A DNA stretch of 64,000 nucleotides from Actinomycetota bacterium. Lineage in GTDB: Bacteria > Actinomycetota > Geothermincolia > Geothermincolales > RBG-13-55-18. The DNA lies in contig JACIXD010000006.1 in the NCBI GenBank assembly GCA_014360645.1, forward strand, positions 79,940-143,939. The letters are read 5' to 3'. Positions 38,432 to 48,114 of this stretch are shown here, piece by piece. The notes under the pieces were generated by a model. That model did no database searches. It had not been told where the DNA came from and saw nothing but the letters and a program-made list of their open reading frames with translations. Every line of letters begins with the position of its first letter. Positions within the stretch are counted from its first letter, which is position 1. The translations under genes and the position numbers were made by a program.

Positions 38432-38560
38432 TCGTTCCTTTCCTCCAAATTAGATTTTTTATCCACGGCCCCTCCTTTTGACGGTCAAGGCACACGGACA
38501 GCTTATTCTAGCATTTTCTGAAGGATTTGCACAGAGAGCGGCGCCGTGAGCGGAAGCCGG
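38432..38560 (-). promoter_or_regulatory. rpsA promoter/5'UTR region (AT-rich)
   Basis: Minus strand reads TTGACC-17nt-TGGATA and an upstream extended -10 TGCTAGAAT. RBS GGAGGAAAGG lies before the ATG. Confidence 0.5.
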
Positions 38561-41269
38561 TCATTTCGCGTCGTACCAGGATGAGCCCCTGCTCACCTCC
38601 ACCTTGAGGGGGACACGGAGACGGAAAGCGTTCTCCATCTCGTGGCGGGCGATCTCCATCATGGCGGACTCCTCTCCCTCCACCACGTCGAAGACCAGCT
38701 CGTCATGGACCTGCAGCACCATGCGCGAGCGACATCCTTCCTCGCGCATGCGCCGGTAAACCCGCAACATGGCCAGCTTGATGATGTCCGCGGCGCTTCC
38801 CTGGATGGGAGTATTGAAGGCCAGCCTCTCCCCCAGCCTGCGCAGGCGCACGTTGCCCTGGGCGAGCTCGGGTATCTCCCTCCTCCTCCCCAGGATGGTG
38901 GTCACGTATCCTCGCGAGGCCGCCAGCTCCACCTGGCGGTCGAGGAAGGCGCGCACCCCGGGGAACTCCCTGAAATAGCGCGTGATGTACTCCTCGGCCT
39001 CCTCCTGCTCGATCCCCAGCTGCTCGGCCAGCCCGAAGGGGCTGATGCCGTAGATAATCCCGAAGTTGATGGCCTTGGCCCGGCGGCGGTGTTCGGGGGT
39101 CACCTCCTGGAAGGGGATCCCGAACACCTCCGAGGCGGTGGAGGCGTGGATGTCGCGGTCCTCCTCGAAGGCCAGCTTCAGGCCGGGGTCCTGGGAGAGG
39201 TGAGCCATGACCCGCAGCTCGATCTGGGAATAGTCCGCGGAGATGATGCAGCCTCCGGGAGTGGTGGGGAGGAAGGCCTTGCGTATGGACCTCCCCAGCG
39301 CGGTGCGCACGGGGATGTTCTGCAGGTTCGGGTTGCTGGAGGAAAGCCGTCCCGTGGAGGTGACCGTCTGGTTGAAGCACGCGTGCAGCCTGCCCGTACG
39401 CGGGTCCACCAGGCGAGGCAGGGCGGTGATATAGGTATTGAGGAGCTTTGAGAGCTCGCGGTAGCGAAGGATCACCCCGGCAATGGGGTGCTCCGCCTCC
39501 AGGGACTGCAGCACCGCCACGTCGGTGGCGTAGCCGGTCTTGGTGCGCCTGCGCGGCGGCAGGCCGAGGACCTCGAAGAGAACGCGAGCAAGCTGCTGGG
39601 GAGAGTTGATATTGAACTCCTCGCCCGCCAGCTCGTAAGCGCGTCTCTCGAGTCCGGACAGCTCCTCCTTCAGCTCCGCCTCCATCTCCGCCAGCACCGA
39701 GGGATCGAGGCGGATGCCGTTTATCTCCATCTCCGCCAGCACCGCCTCCAGGGGCATCTCCACCTCGCGATAGAGGTCCTGGAGTTCCCGCAGGGCCATC
39801 TCCGCCTCCAGGGCAGGGACCAGGTCCCCTACAGCGCGGGCCAGGCGCGCCGTTGCGACCGCTCCCTCCTCCTCCTCCTCGACGAGAGCCATCTGCGCCG
39901 GGGGCGCGGCATCCCGCACGGCGCCCAGGTAGCGCCCGCAGATGCTCTCGAGATCATGCCTGACCCCGGAGGGGTTCACCAGGTAGGAGGCCAGCTCCAC
40001 GTCGAAATCCACCTCGCCGTGCAGGCCGCACAGGCGTTGGCACTGCACCATGAAGTCCTTGCCGCGGTAGATGTCTATACGCAGGCCCCGGTTCTCGGAT
40101 ACCCATTCCAGGAAGGAACGCAGCATCCCCACGCCCGACTCCGAGCGCAGGTCGAGGTGGTAAAGGCGCTCGCCCGCCGCCAGGGCCATGGCCTCCATGC
40201 TCCCCCGCGTGAACCCCTCTCCCTTCAGGGCGGGATAGATGGAGACCTCTCCCTCCCGCGCGAGGTGTCGCAGCATCTCCCCCAGCGCCTCTTCGTCCCC
40301 CACCTCCGTGACCTCCAGGACGCCTTCCGAGTCCGCCTCCCCTTCTCCGCCCTCCTCCTTTTCCGAGGGGAAGAGCGCGCGGCGGAGCTGCGAAAGGCGC
40401 TCGTAATGCTTCCTGAATTCCAGGGAATCCATGATCCTGTAGAGCTCACCGTCGTCCCAAGGCCTGAGTTCGCAACTCTCCAGGCCGGCGAGGGGCAAAG
40501 GCACGTCTCGCCGGGCGGTGGCCAGCTCGCGGCTCATGAAGGCGCTCTCGCGGTTCTCCTCCAGTGCCCGCCTCACCTTGGGGGGCGTGATCTCGTCCAG
40601 GTGTTCGTATACTCCCTCCAGGCTCCCGAAGCGCGCGATGAGCGCGGCGGCGGTCTTCTCGCCTATCCCCGGGACCCCGGGGATATTGTCCGAGACGTCG
40701 CCCTTCAGGGCGAGGTAGTCCACGATCTGGGACGGATCCACTCCGAATCTCTCCCTGACCGCGGCCGGGTCGTAGACGGTTATGTCGGTGATCCCCTTGC
40801 GGTTGGCGATGATGCGCACCCGCTCGTCCACAAGCTGCAGGGCATCACGGTCCCCGGTGACGATGAAGACCTCGTCCCGGGGCTCGAGCGTGGTGGCCAG
40901 GGTGGCCAGGAGGTCGTCCGCCTCGTATCCCTCCACCTCCAGGGCGGTGATGCCCAGGGCCTCCAGGACGGCGTGGATCACCCCCATCTGGTCCCTCAGC
41001 TCGTCGGGCATGGGCTTGCGGTGCGCCTTGTATTCCGCGAAGCGTTCGGTGCGGAACTCCGGCCTCCCCCTGTCGAAAGCCACCACCATGGCCTCCGGCC
41101 GCAGCTCCTCCAACACCTTGATGAGCATGGAGACGAACCCGAAGACGGCGTTGGTGGGCTGGCCGGAGGAGGTGGCCATCTCCGCCGGGAGGGCGTAGAA
41201 GGCGCGGTAGGCGAGGCTGTGCCCGTCTATGAGCACCCATCTCCGGCTCTCCGGCGTACTCGCGACCAT
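38561..41269 (-). CDS. polA: DNA polymerase I
   Basis: 902 aa. 5'-3' exonuclease, 3'-5' exonuclease-like and polymerase domains. Confidence 0.97.
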   Translation of the reverse strand: MVASTPESRRWVLIDGHSLAYRAFYALPAEMATSSGQPTNAVFGFVSMLIKVLEELRPEAMVVAFDRGRPEFRTERFAEYKAHRKPMPDELRDQMGVIHAVLEALGITALEVEGYEADDLLATLATTLEPRDEVFIVTGDRDALQLVDERVRIIANRKGITDITVYDPAAVRERFGVDPSQIVDYLALKGDVSDNIPGVPGIGEKTAAALIARFGSLEGVYEHLDEITPPKVRRALEENRESAFMSRELATARRDVPLPLAGLESCELRPWDDGELYRIMDSLEFRKHYERLSQLRRALFPSEKEEGGEGEADSEGVLEVTEVGDEEALGEMLRHLAREGEVSIYPALKGEGFTRGSMEAMALAAGERLYHLDLRSESGVGMLRSFLEWVSENRGLRIDIYRGKDFMVQCQRLCGLHGEVDFDVELASYLVNPSGVRHDLESICGRYLGAVRDAAPPAQMALVEEEEEGAVATARLARAVGDLVPALEAEMALRELQDLYREVEMPLEAVLAEMEINGIRLDPSVLAEMEAELKEELSGLERRAYELAGEEFNINSPQQLARVLFEVLGLPPRRRTKTGYATDVAVLQSLEAEHPIAGVILRYRELSKLLNTYITALPRLVDPRTGRLHACFNQTVTSTGRLSSSNPNLQNIPVRTALGRSIRKAFLPTTPGGCIISADYSQIELRVMAHLSQDPGLKLAFEEDRDIHASTASEVFGIPFQEVTPEHRRRAKAINFGIIYGISPFGLAEQLGIEQEEAEEYITRYFREFPGVRAFLDRQVELAASRGYVTTILGRRREIPELAQGNVRLRRLGERLAFNTPIQGSAADIIKLAMLRVYRRMREEGCRSRMVLQVHDELVFDVVEGEESAMMEIARHEMENAFRLRVPLKVEVSRGSSWYDAK

Positions 41270-41636
41270 GCCCCTCCCGCGACCTCCGGGCTCGATGGTG
41301 AGGTTCGGGGACGGGACGTTATCCGTCCCGCCCCCTCACCCAAGGAGAACGTAGCCTGATGATAGCACCCTCTAGTGACAAAAACTCCTTTCCGGCGCCG
41401 CCCTCTCCGTAAAGAAAGCCGCGCGTGCCGGATCGGGGCGGCGGCAGCCCCTCCGGGCACCGCGACGCGAACCCCGGACGGTCACCTCTCACGGCGCGGA
41501 TCCACGGGCTGAGCACGGCGCCCGCCTTTCATCATCCGTGCATATGGCCGCTCTCCCGGGCACGGCCTCGGGCACTGACGATCGCGGCCGCCTTCCCCTC
41601 TCCCTCTTCTTAATATGCAAAACCGCCTTTAGATGG

Positions 41637-41723
41637 TGGTGCCGGAGGCCGGACTCGAACCGGCACGGGGTCTCCCCCACTGGTTTTTGAGACCAGCGCG
41701 TCTACCCGTTCCGCCACTCCGGC
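41637..41723 (-). tRNA. tRNA-Leu (anticodon CAA), long variable arm, CCA encoded
   Basis: rc = GCCGGAGTGGCGGAACGGGTAGACGCGCTGGTCTCAAAAACCAGTGGGGGAGACCCCGTGCCGGTTCGAGTCCGGCCTCCGGCACCA. 7-bp acceptor stem. Anticodon loop CUCAAAA. T-loop TTCGAGT. Confidence 0.92.
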
Positions 41724-41736
41724 GTCCACGAGCGCT

Positions 41737-41765
41737 ATTTTAACACCCGAGAGGAGGAGCTTGAA
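41737..41765 (-). promoter_or_regulatory. Candidate tRNA-Leu promoter (TTCAAG-17nt-TAAAAT)
   Basis: -10 TAAAAT (rc of 41737-41742) lies 13 nt upstream of the mature tRNA 5' end. Confidence 0.4.
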
Positions 41766-41915
41766 CACGGGTCCTATTCGGCATGCCGGAAGGGGAAGTC
41801 GCCGGGGCCGGGTCGGGGAGGTAGGCGTTCTCCTCCCGCGAACCGCTCACGTGGCCTTCGAGCGCATCGACGGTCAACGGCGCGGGGGCGGGCCTGGACT
41901 AACCCGTCGGGTACA

Positions 41916-42116
41916 CCTTACCGCTCTTCCTCAGCTCCCCCAGCATTCCCGCCAGCTCCTCCTCCCATCCCTCGGCCCGCCTCGCGGCCTCGTCGAAGGG
42001 GGGACGGCGACTTTTTCCGGCTCCCCTTACCGCTCTTCCCCACGCTCCCACAACATTCCCGCCAGCTCCTCCTCCCATCCCTCGGCCCGCCTCGCGGCCT
42101 CGTCGAAGGGGGGATG
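41916..42116. repeat. Tandem duplication (~110-bp period) of the 3' end of the small ORF 42027..42245
   Basis: Copy A is 41916-42004, copy B is 42025-42116. The 3' 62 nt (cattcccgccagctcctcctcccatccctcggcccgcctcgcggcctcgtcgaagggggga) are identical. Both encode ...PPFDEAARRAEGWEEELAGML on the minus strand. Confidence 0.8.
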
Positions 42117-42245
42117 GAAATGACGGTATGTGGAGGCGGAAAGGCGCAGGCGTCTTAAGGCCTCCATGACTTCCCGCAGGCGCGCCGAGAACTCGCGCCC
42201 CGCCTCCGCGGCCATATCGTCTTGATAGCTCTCGCTCCAGCCCAT
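42027..42245 (-). CDS. Hypothetical 72-aa protein (acidic, predicted helical)
   Basis: ATG at 42243-42245 after GGGGAG. 63 bp downstream of the Zn-ribbon gene. Its C-terminal coding segment is tandemly duplicated. Confidence 0.4.
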   Translation of the reverse strand: MGWSESYQDDMAAEAGREFSARLREVMEALRRLRLSASTYRHFHPPFDEAARRAEGWEEELAGMLWERGEER

Positions 42246-42305
42246 ATCCCTGACTCCCCGGCAGCAGGCGCACGGTCTTTCCGTGTCCCCGGCGCCGGCT
42301 CCGCC

Positions 42306-42941
42306 TCAGGGGATGATGTCCGTTCCCCTAGCGGTCACGTACCAGCGGCCTTCCCGGTTCTCCATGGAGACAACGAGGTTGTCTCCCGGTTCGATCTCCA
42401 CGGTGGATCCGGTGCCCGTCTCGATGCTTCCGCCCTCCAGGTAGCAGCGCGCGCCATAGGCGTCCAACCTGTCGGCGCGTACGGACACGCCAGAAAACCT
42501 GCCCCCTGTTCCCAGGTACAAGATCAGGTCACCATAGATGTCCTCCGCCAGCCCCCGGTCACTGGGGGTGAAAAGCTGCGTGAAGGCCTCCGCGTCCCTG
42601 CGGTTGGCGGCATCCAGAAGCCGGTTGCACACCTTGTGCGGGGAGGGGTTGCTCCACAGCGTGAGGCTGAGCACTAGCCAGATGACCAGGGCGGCGATCA
42701 TCGTCAAGTAGGCGAAGACCTTCCAGCGGAAGCGGCGCACCTTCCGCTCCACCGCCTCGCTCAAGGCGGGACGCAGCACCGCCGCGTCGCCCCGCCATTC
42801 GCTGGGCGCCACGTAATGGCCCGCCTTTCCGGGGGATGTGGGCGCGTGAGACGTCCCCCCTCCCCCCCGCAGGCGTTCCGTACACAGGGAGCAGAACTCG
42901 GCGCTCTCCGGGTTATCGGCTCCGCATTTTGGACATATCAT
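42306..42941 (-). CDS. Zinc-ribbon domain membrane protein (N-terminal CPKCGADNPESAEFCSLC, one transmembrane helix, extracytoplasmic domain)
   Basis: 211 aa. Cys4 zinc ribbon at the N-terminus. Hydrophobic helix AYLTMIAALVIWLVLSLTLW. Confidence 0.75.
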   Translation of the reverse strand: MICPKCGADNPESAEFCSLCTERLRGGGGTSHAPTSPGKAGHYVAPSEWRGDAAVLRPALSEAVERKVRRFRWKVFAYLTMIAALVIWLVLSLTLWSNPSPHKVCNRLLDAANRRDAEAFTQLFTPSDRGLAEDIYGDLILYLGTGGRFSGVSVRADRLDAYGARCYLEGGSIETGTGSTVEIEPGDNLVVSMENREGRWYVTARGTDIIP

Positions 42942-43063
42942 ATCTCATCCGTCCTCCGCTCCTGGGGGCGCAAGGCCCCGCTGCCGCCCGGTCCCCTTGC
43001 GACGGCGCGCTGCTTCCGCCGCCGCCTCCCCGCCCGGAAGACGGGAGGGGGCCGGCGATCCCC

Positions 43064-43783
43064 TCAACCCATATACCTCTTCTCAGCCACCCATCCCCCC
43101 AGGGCGCCCAGGGGTATATAGAGAAACAGGGCGATGAGAATGCCGGACAGCTTGAAGACGGGCACGAAGAACTCTCCGGAGATGAGCAGCACGATGATCA
43201 GCGAGATCAGCGGCTCCCAGAAGAACACCACCGCCGCCACGCAGGCCACCCCGTAAGCCCAACCCCTCCCGGCGTGCATGGCCTTCGCAGAGGCCCAGTA
43301 TCCCGTAAGTATGAGCACCGCCGCGTCCGCGAGGTAGAGCATCCCCACCCCGAAGTCGAACCCCGACTCGCTGCCCCCGAAGGCCGCTCCGAAGATGAAG
43401 AGTCCGATGAGGAAATTGACCGTGAACAGCAGGATATAGGAGAGGAGGGAGTACTTGAGCACCAGCAGCGCTATATCCGTCCCGCCGCGCTTCCTCGCCC
43501 ATGCGGGCGGTGGGGCGGCGGCTATGGCTCCGGGATGGCTCATGGCCGCTGCGCGGTAGGCGTCCCCGTACGGACCAGCCCCCTGCGCCATCTCCCGCGC
43601 CAGGGCGCGATAATCCCCTGGGGAGACATATTCCTCCGGGGTAGGTGGTGCCGATAGGGGCGGCCCGGTGGGGGTGTCCGCCGCGCGGTTCGGGAAAGCG
43701 TCCGTCGCGAATCTCGCCAGGCAGAGAGAACAGAATATCGATCCCTCGGGGTTCTCCGCACCACAGTGAGGGCATAAACGCAT
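43064..43783 (-). CDS. Zinc-ribbon domain polytopic membrane protein (paralogue of the 42306 gene in its N-terminus)
   Basis: 239 aa. N-terminal CPHCGAENPEGSIFCSLC. Pro/Ala-rich linker. Four or more transmembrane helices. Confidence 0.75.
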   Translation of the reverse strand: MRLCPHCGAENPEGSIFCSLCLARFATDAFPNRAADTPTGPPLSAPPTPEEYVSPGDYRALAREMAQGAGPYGDAYRAAAMSHPGAIAAAPPPAWARKRGGTDIALLVLKYSLLSYILLFTVNFLIGLFIFGAAFGGSESGFDFGVGMLYLADAAVLILTGYWASAKAMHAGRGWAYGVACVAAVVFFWEPLISLIIVLLISGEFFVPVFKLSGILIALFLYIPLGALGGWVAEKRYMG

Positions 43784-43995
43784 GGCCCGTCCTTTCCGCG
43801 CCGCCTCCTCTCCAGAGGATCATTCGGCAATCCCGCATCGCCTCTATAGCCATGGTGCGGGCTCGGAGATCATCGCCGCGACCCAACCGCGCCATCCGGA
43901 AGCCTCGTCAATCCCTTTCCCGGTGAACCTCAACGGGTTCCCGCCCGCCGCCGGGGCTTCTTTGCGCAAGCTCCCCCGACCGACCACTTATTGGA

Positions 43996-44364
43996 TTATT
44001 CCTTGCCCCACCCCGGGGTTCCTTCATCCTCCGGCACGAGGTCTGTCCTGGCGCCCTCGGCCACGCGAAAGAAGCACGACCTCTCGCCGGTGTGGCAGGC
44101 GGGTCCCACCTGCAGCACCTTGACCAGCAGCGCGTCGCCGTCGCAGTCGTAGCGTATCTCCCTCACGTACTGGCGGTGGCCGGAGGTCTCCCCCTTGCAC
44201 CAGAACTCCCGGCGGCTCCGGCTCCAGAACCAGGTGCGGCCGCTCTCCAGGGTGCGTCGCAGCGACTCCTCGTTCATGTACGCCAGCATGAGCACCTCGC
44301 CGCTCTCCACGTCCTGTACGATGGCGGGCACCAGGCCTTGCGAGTCAAACTTTATCTCCATCAT
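43996..44364 (-). CDS. hisI: Phosphoribosyl-AMP cyclohydrolase
   Basis: 122 aa with HisI core ([11 protein letters not shown]...WSRSR...CDGDALL). Confidence 0.92.
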   Translation of the reverse strand: MMEIKFDSQGLVPAIVQDVESGEVLMLAYMNEESLRRTLESGRTWFWSRSRREFWCKGETSGHRQYVREIRYDCDGDALLVKVLQVGPACHTGERSCFFRVAEGARTDLVPEDEGTPGWGKE

Positions 44365-45100
44365 CCGCTCCTTCCACCGCCGTCTCCTCGCCGAGGTAAA
44401 GGCTCTTGATCTCCTCCCTTCCCAGGAGCTCCCTCGCCTCGCCCTCCATACGGATCTTGCCAGCGCGCATGACGTAACCGTAATCGGATACGCTGAGGGC
44501 TATCTGCGCGTCCTGTTCCACCAGGAGCAGGGTCAGCCCCTCCTCGTGCAGGCGCTTCAGGCACGCGAAGATATCCCTGATCACCAGGGGCGCTAGCCCC
44601 ATGGAGGGTTCGTCCAGGAGCAGCAGGCGGGGCCGCGACATGAGGGCTCTCCCGATGGCCAGCATCTGCTGCTCCCCTCCCGAGAGCGTGCCCGCCGCCT
44701 GTCCCCTCCTCTCCTTGAGGACGGGAAAGACCTCGTAGACCATATCCAGGTCCGACCGTATCTCCGTTCCACTCCGGCGGCGGGAGCGGAGATACGCTCC
44801 CAGCATGAGGTTCTCCTCCACGCTCATGGTGGCGAACACCTGCCGCCCCTCGGGGACGTGGGATATCCCCATCTTCACGATGCGATGCGGCTCCAGGTTG
44901 GTGATGTCCTGGCCCACGTACCGTATCTCCCCGTAACGTGCGGGGATGAGCCCGGAAACCGCGCGCAGGAGGGTGGTCTTTCCCGCCCCGTTGGCGCCGA
45001 TGATGGTGGTGATGCGGCCCGCCCTCGCCCAGAGGTCCACCGCCCTGAGGGCCTCTATGTTGCCGTAGAAGGCCGACAGACCTTTAATCTCCAGCATCAC
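44345..45100 (-). CDS. livF: Branched-chain/HAAT-family ABC transporter ATP-binding protein (LivF-type)
   Basis: Walker [10 protein letters not shown], signature LSGGEQQ, Walker B LLLLDEP. Confidence 0.9.
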   Translation of the reverse strand: MMLEIKGLSAFYGNIEALRAVDLWARAGRITTIIGANGAGKTTLLRAVSGLIPARYGEIRYVGQDITNLEPHRIVKMGISHVPEGRQVFATMSVEENLMLGAYLRSRRRSGTEIRSDLDMVYEVFPVLKERRGQAAGTLSGGEQQMLAIGRALMSRPRLLLLDEPSMGLAPLVIRDIFACLKRLHEEGLTLLLVEQDAQIALSVSDYGYVMRAGKIRMEGEARELLGREEIKSLYLGEETAVEGADDGDKV

Positions 45101-45212
45101 GCTCTCCCGTTCTCCGTGCCCGCGGCGGGGCCTATCTTCCGTGGGCCGAAGCTCCCCGGACCTCTGCCCCCGGCGGTGAGAAAGAATCCCGACGCCGCAT
45201 TCACGCCCGGCA

Positions 45213-46013
45213 TCAGTCCACCTCCGAGCCCAGGTAGGCCTCGATGACCCGCGGATCGGATTTTATCTCCTCCGGCGTCCCCTCCGCGATGATCTCGCCG
45301 TAGTCGAGCACCACCACCCTCTCAGAGATCCGCATCACCAGGCCCATGTCGTGCTCCACCAGGATCACCGTTATCCCCATGTCCCGCACGCGGTAGATGA
45401 TGTCCCCCAGTTCGCGCGTCTCGTAGGCGTTGAGCCCCGAGGCCGGCTCGTCGAGGAGCAGCAGCCTGGGCCTGGTGGCCAGGGCGCGTGCCAGTTCCAG
45501 CAGGCGCTGCTGCCCGAAGGGCAGCGACCCCGCGAGGCTTTCCCCCTGCATCTCAAGCCCCACCATGCCCAGGAAACGCGCCGCCTCCTCCCGCATCCAG
45601 CCCTCCTCCCGCCGCGCGGAGGGAAGCCTCAAGGCGCAGGCCGCGAAGCCCGCGCGCGTGCGGTGGTGCATCCCCACCATCACGTTCTCAGCAACCGTCA
45701 TCTCCGGGAAGAGGCGCACGGTCTGGAAGGTGCGGGCTATGCCCATGGCGGTGATGCAGTGCGGGGGGAGCCCGGTTATCTCCCGGCCCGAGAAAACGAT
45801 GTTGCCCGTATCGGGGCGATATATGCCCGTGAGGAGGTCGTAGAGGGTGGTCTTCCCAGCCCCGTTAGGGCCGATGATGGCCATTATCTCCCCCTCGCGG
45901 GCTTCAATGCATATCTCCTTCACCGCCGTCAGTCCCCCGAAGGACTTGGTGAGGCCCCATACCGAGAGGACGGCCTCCTCCCCGGGCACAGCCGCCGCGC
46001 ACCTGTTGGCCAT
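45213..46013 (-). CDS. livG: HAAT-family ABC transporter ATP-binding protein (LivG-type)
   Basis: Walker [25 protein letters not shown]-terminal BCA_ABC_TP_C-like region. Confidence 0.9.
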   Translation of the reverse strand: MANRCAAAVPGEEAVLSVWGLTKSFGGLTAVKEICIEAREGEIMAIIGPNGAGKTTLYDLLTGIYRPDTGNIVFSGREITGLPPHCITAMGIARTFQTVRLFPEMTVAENVMVGMHHRTRAGFAACALRLPSARREEGWMREEAARFLGMVGLEMQGESLAGSLPFGQQRLLELARALATRPRLLLLDEPASGLNAYETRELGDIIYRVRDMGITVILVEHDMGLVMRISERVVVLDYGEIIAEGTPEEIKSDPRVIEAYLGSEVD

Positions 46014-47126
46014 TCAATCCACCGCCTTTCTGCGGAACGGGTTCACAAATGGGCTGCGCCGTCGGGAAAACAGGTCCACCAGGCCCCTGGTTATGCCGCT
46101 GGGCATGAAGACCATGGTGAGCATGATGATGAGGCCGAGGACCATCCCCTCGTAGTTGCTATATTTTTCCAGCCAATCCGGCACGTCCCCGAACCAGCGC
46201 GGCAACGCCTCCACCAACTTGGGAAGGAAGGTGATGAGGCCCGCCCCGAACACCGATCCCCACACGCTCTCCATGCCCCCGATGACCACCATGGTCACCA
46301 GGGAGATGGAGAGGATGATGGTGAACTGGTTGGGGTCGATGAACCTCTGCAGGTGGGCGAAGAGGCCTCCCGCCAGCCCACCTAGGGCGGCGGAGAGGAC
46401 GAAGACCCTCTTCTTGAGCGCGGATACCGGGACCCCCATGGCCTCCGCCGCCACCTCGGACTGGTGCAGGGCCCGCATGGCGCGCCCCACGCGGGATTCC
46501 ACCAGTTTGGAGCACAGGGCGAGGACGATGATGACGATGACCCAGACGTAGTAGAACTCCCCGCGTGTGGAGGTGACCTCCAGAAAGGGCAACGAGAGGT
46601 GCGGTATGTTGCGCACGCCGTCGTTCCCGCCCGTGAGCCAGGTCATCTCGCGCAGGAACACGAAGACCACGATCCCCATGGCCAGAGTGCCCATGGCCAG
46701 ATAGTGTCCCTTCAGGCGCAGCACCGGCGCCAGGAGGATCCCGAAGATCAGCGCCACCAGCACCGCGCAGGGTATCCCCAGCCAGACCGGAAAGCCCGCT
46801 TTGGTGGTGAGGAGGGCCGAGGCATAGGCCCCGATGCCGAAGAAGGCGCCCTGCCCCAAGGACACCTGACCGGCATACCCCATGAGGAGGTTGAGGCCCA
46901 CCGCCACGATGGCGTAGATGCCCACCAGTCGCATGGTCAGCACGATGGGGATGTCGATGGACTTAGAAAGGGGCGCCGCCCAGAAGGGCATGACCATGAT
47001 GAAGGCGGTAAAGGCCAGCAGGATGGCGTTCTTCCGCAAGAGCCCCCGCCAGCCCGCACCGAACGCCGCTGGCCGGTTAAGCCCTCCCAAGCCGGTATCT
47101 TCCCGCTCTCTTCTCCGGGCAGCCAT
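46014..47126 (-). CDS. livM: HAAT-family ABC transporter permease (LivM-type)
   Basis: 370 aa, about 9 transmembrane helices. Adjacent to livG and livH with 0-1 bp gaps. Confidence 0.88.
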   Translation of the reverse strand: MAARRREREDTGLGGLNRPAAFGAGWRGLLRKNAILLAFTAFIMVMPFWAAPLSKSIDIPIVLTMRLVGIYAIVAVGLNLLMGYAGQVSLGQGAFFGIGAYASALLTTKAGFPVWLGIPCAVLVALIFGILLAPVLRLKGHYLAMGTLAMGIVVFVFLREMTWLTGGNDGVRNIPHLSLPFLEVTSTRGEFYYVWVIVIIVLALCSKLVESRVGRAMRALHQSEVAAEAMGVPVSALKKRVFVLSAALGGLAGGLFAHLQRFIDPNQFTIILSISLVTMVVIGGMESVWGSVFGAGLITFLPKLVEALPRWFGDVPDWLEKYSNYEGMVLGLIIMLTMVFMPSGITRGLVDLFSRRRSPFVNPFRRKAVD

Positions 47127-47127
47127 C

Positions 47128-48021
47128 TCAGACCTTTTCCACCACTCCGCGCCCCAGGATGCCCTGGGGCCTGAACAACAACACCGCGATCAGCAATATG
47201 GCGGCCACGGCGTCCTTGTAACCCGTGGAGACGCCCAGTACCACGGTGAGGAATCCCGGTATAAGCTCCTCCAGCAAGCCCAGGACCACTCCCCCGGCCA
47301 CCGCCCCGAAAGTGTTGCCCAGTCCTCCCACCGCCGCCGCCGTGAAGCCCTTCACCCCCAGAAAGAGCCCTATGGAATAGCTGGCGTAGGGAGCGTTGAT
47401 GAGTCCCGCCAGCCCACCCAGCGCCGCCGCCAGGAGGAATGAATAGAGGGACATGCGCATGACGTTTATGCCCACCAGGCTTGCCGCGAGGCGGTTCACG
47501 GAACACGCCCGCATGGCCTTGCCCGACCTTGTATGGTTGAAGAACAGATAGACCGCCGCCACGCTCACGATGGTGAGGCCGAAGACCCAGAGAAACTGCC
47601 GGGAGATGGTCGCGCCGGGCAGGGAGATGTTCCCCGGTGTGAATTCCGGGACCTTGTATGCCTCCTTGGGCCAGAGGATTCTCCCCAGTGACTTGAAGAA
47701 GATGGAGGCGCCTATGGTGGCGATGATGGCCACCAGCACCCCGGCGCGGCGGAGGGGATAGACCAGCAACCGCTCCATGAGACCCCCGATGGCGGCGGTG
47801 ATGGCCAGCGCTAGGACCACCGCCAGGGGCAGCGGCAGCCCGGCGGACGCCGCTAGGGTGTAGGCGAAGAGCCCGCCGAACATGCAGAACTCTCCCTGGG
47901 CGAAGTTGATGATGCCGGTGGAGTTGAAGATGATGTTGAAGCCCATGGCCACCAGGATGTATATGCATCCGTTGGCAAGCCCGTTGGCGATATACTGCGG
48001 GCAGTTAGCGAGGAAATCCAC
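47128..48021 (-). CDS. livH: HAAT-family ABC transporter permease (LivH-type)
   Basis: 297 aa polytopic membrane protein with the LivH family pattern. Confidence 0.88.
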   Translation of the reverse strand: MDFLANCPQYIANGLANGCIYILVAMGFNIIFNSTGIINFAQGEFCMFGGLFAYTLAASAGLPLPLAVVLALAITAAIGGLMERLLVYPLRRAGVLVAIIATIGASIFFKSLGRILWPKEAYKVPEFTPGNISLPGATISRQFLWVFGLTIVSVAAVYLFFNHTRSGKAMRACSVNRLAASLVGINVMRMSLYSFLLAAALGGLAGLINAPYASYSIGLFLGVKGFTAAAVGGLGNTFGAVAGGVVLGLLEELIPGFLTVVLGVSTGYKDAVAAILLIAVLLFRPQGILGRGVVEKV

Positions 48022-48060
48022 CAGCGATCCCAGCTGAACTCTCCTCCCGGAACAAATAAG

Positions 48061-48092
48061 GGAGGAGGCCGGAGGGAGTCTCCGCCTCCTCC
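48061..48092 (-). promoter_or_regulatory. Intercistronic GC-rich stem-loop between the binding-protein gene and the permease genes
   Basis: ggaggaggccggag-ggagt-ctccgcctcctcc, a ~13-bp stem with one bulge. 22 nt after the livK stop. Confidence 0.45.
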
Positions 48093-48114
48093 TTCCGTGC
48101 CGCTGTCTTGCAGT

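Noticed and set aside
41270-41636. Possible small RNA between tRNA-Leu and polA (hairpin cgggacg-ttatc-cgtcccg at ~41303-41327)
   Set aside because: It is a single modest hairpin without a U-tract or flanking promoter. More likely it is part of the polA 5'UTR or a tRNA terminator; the evidence is insufficient to call.
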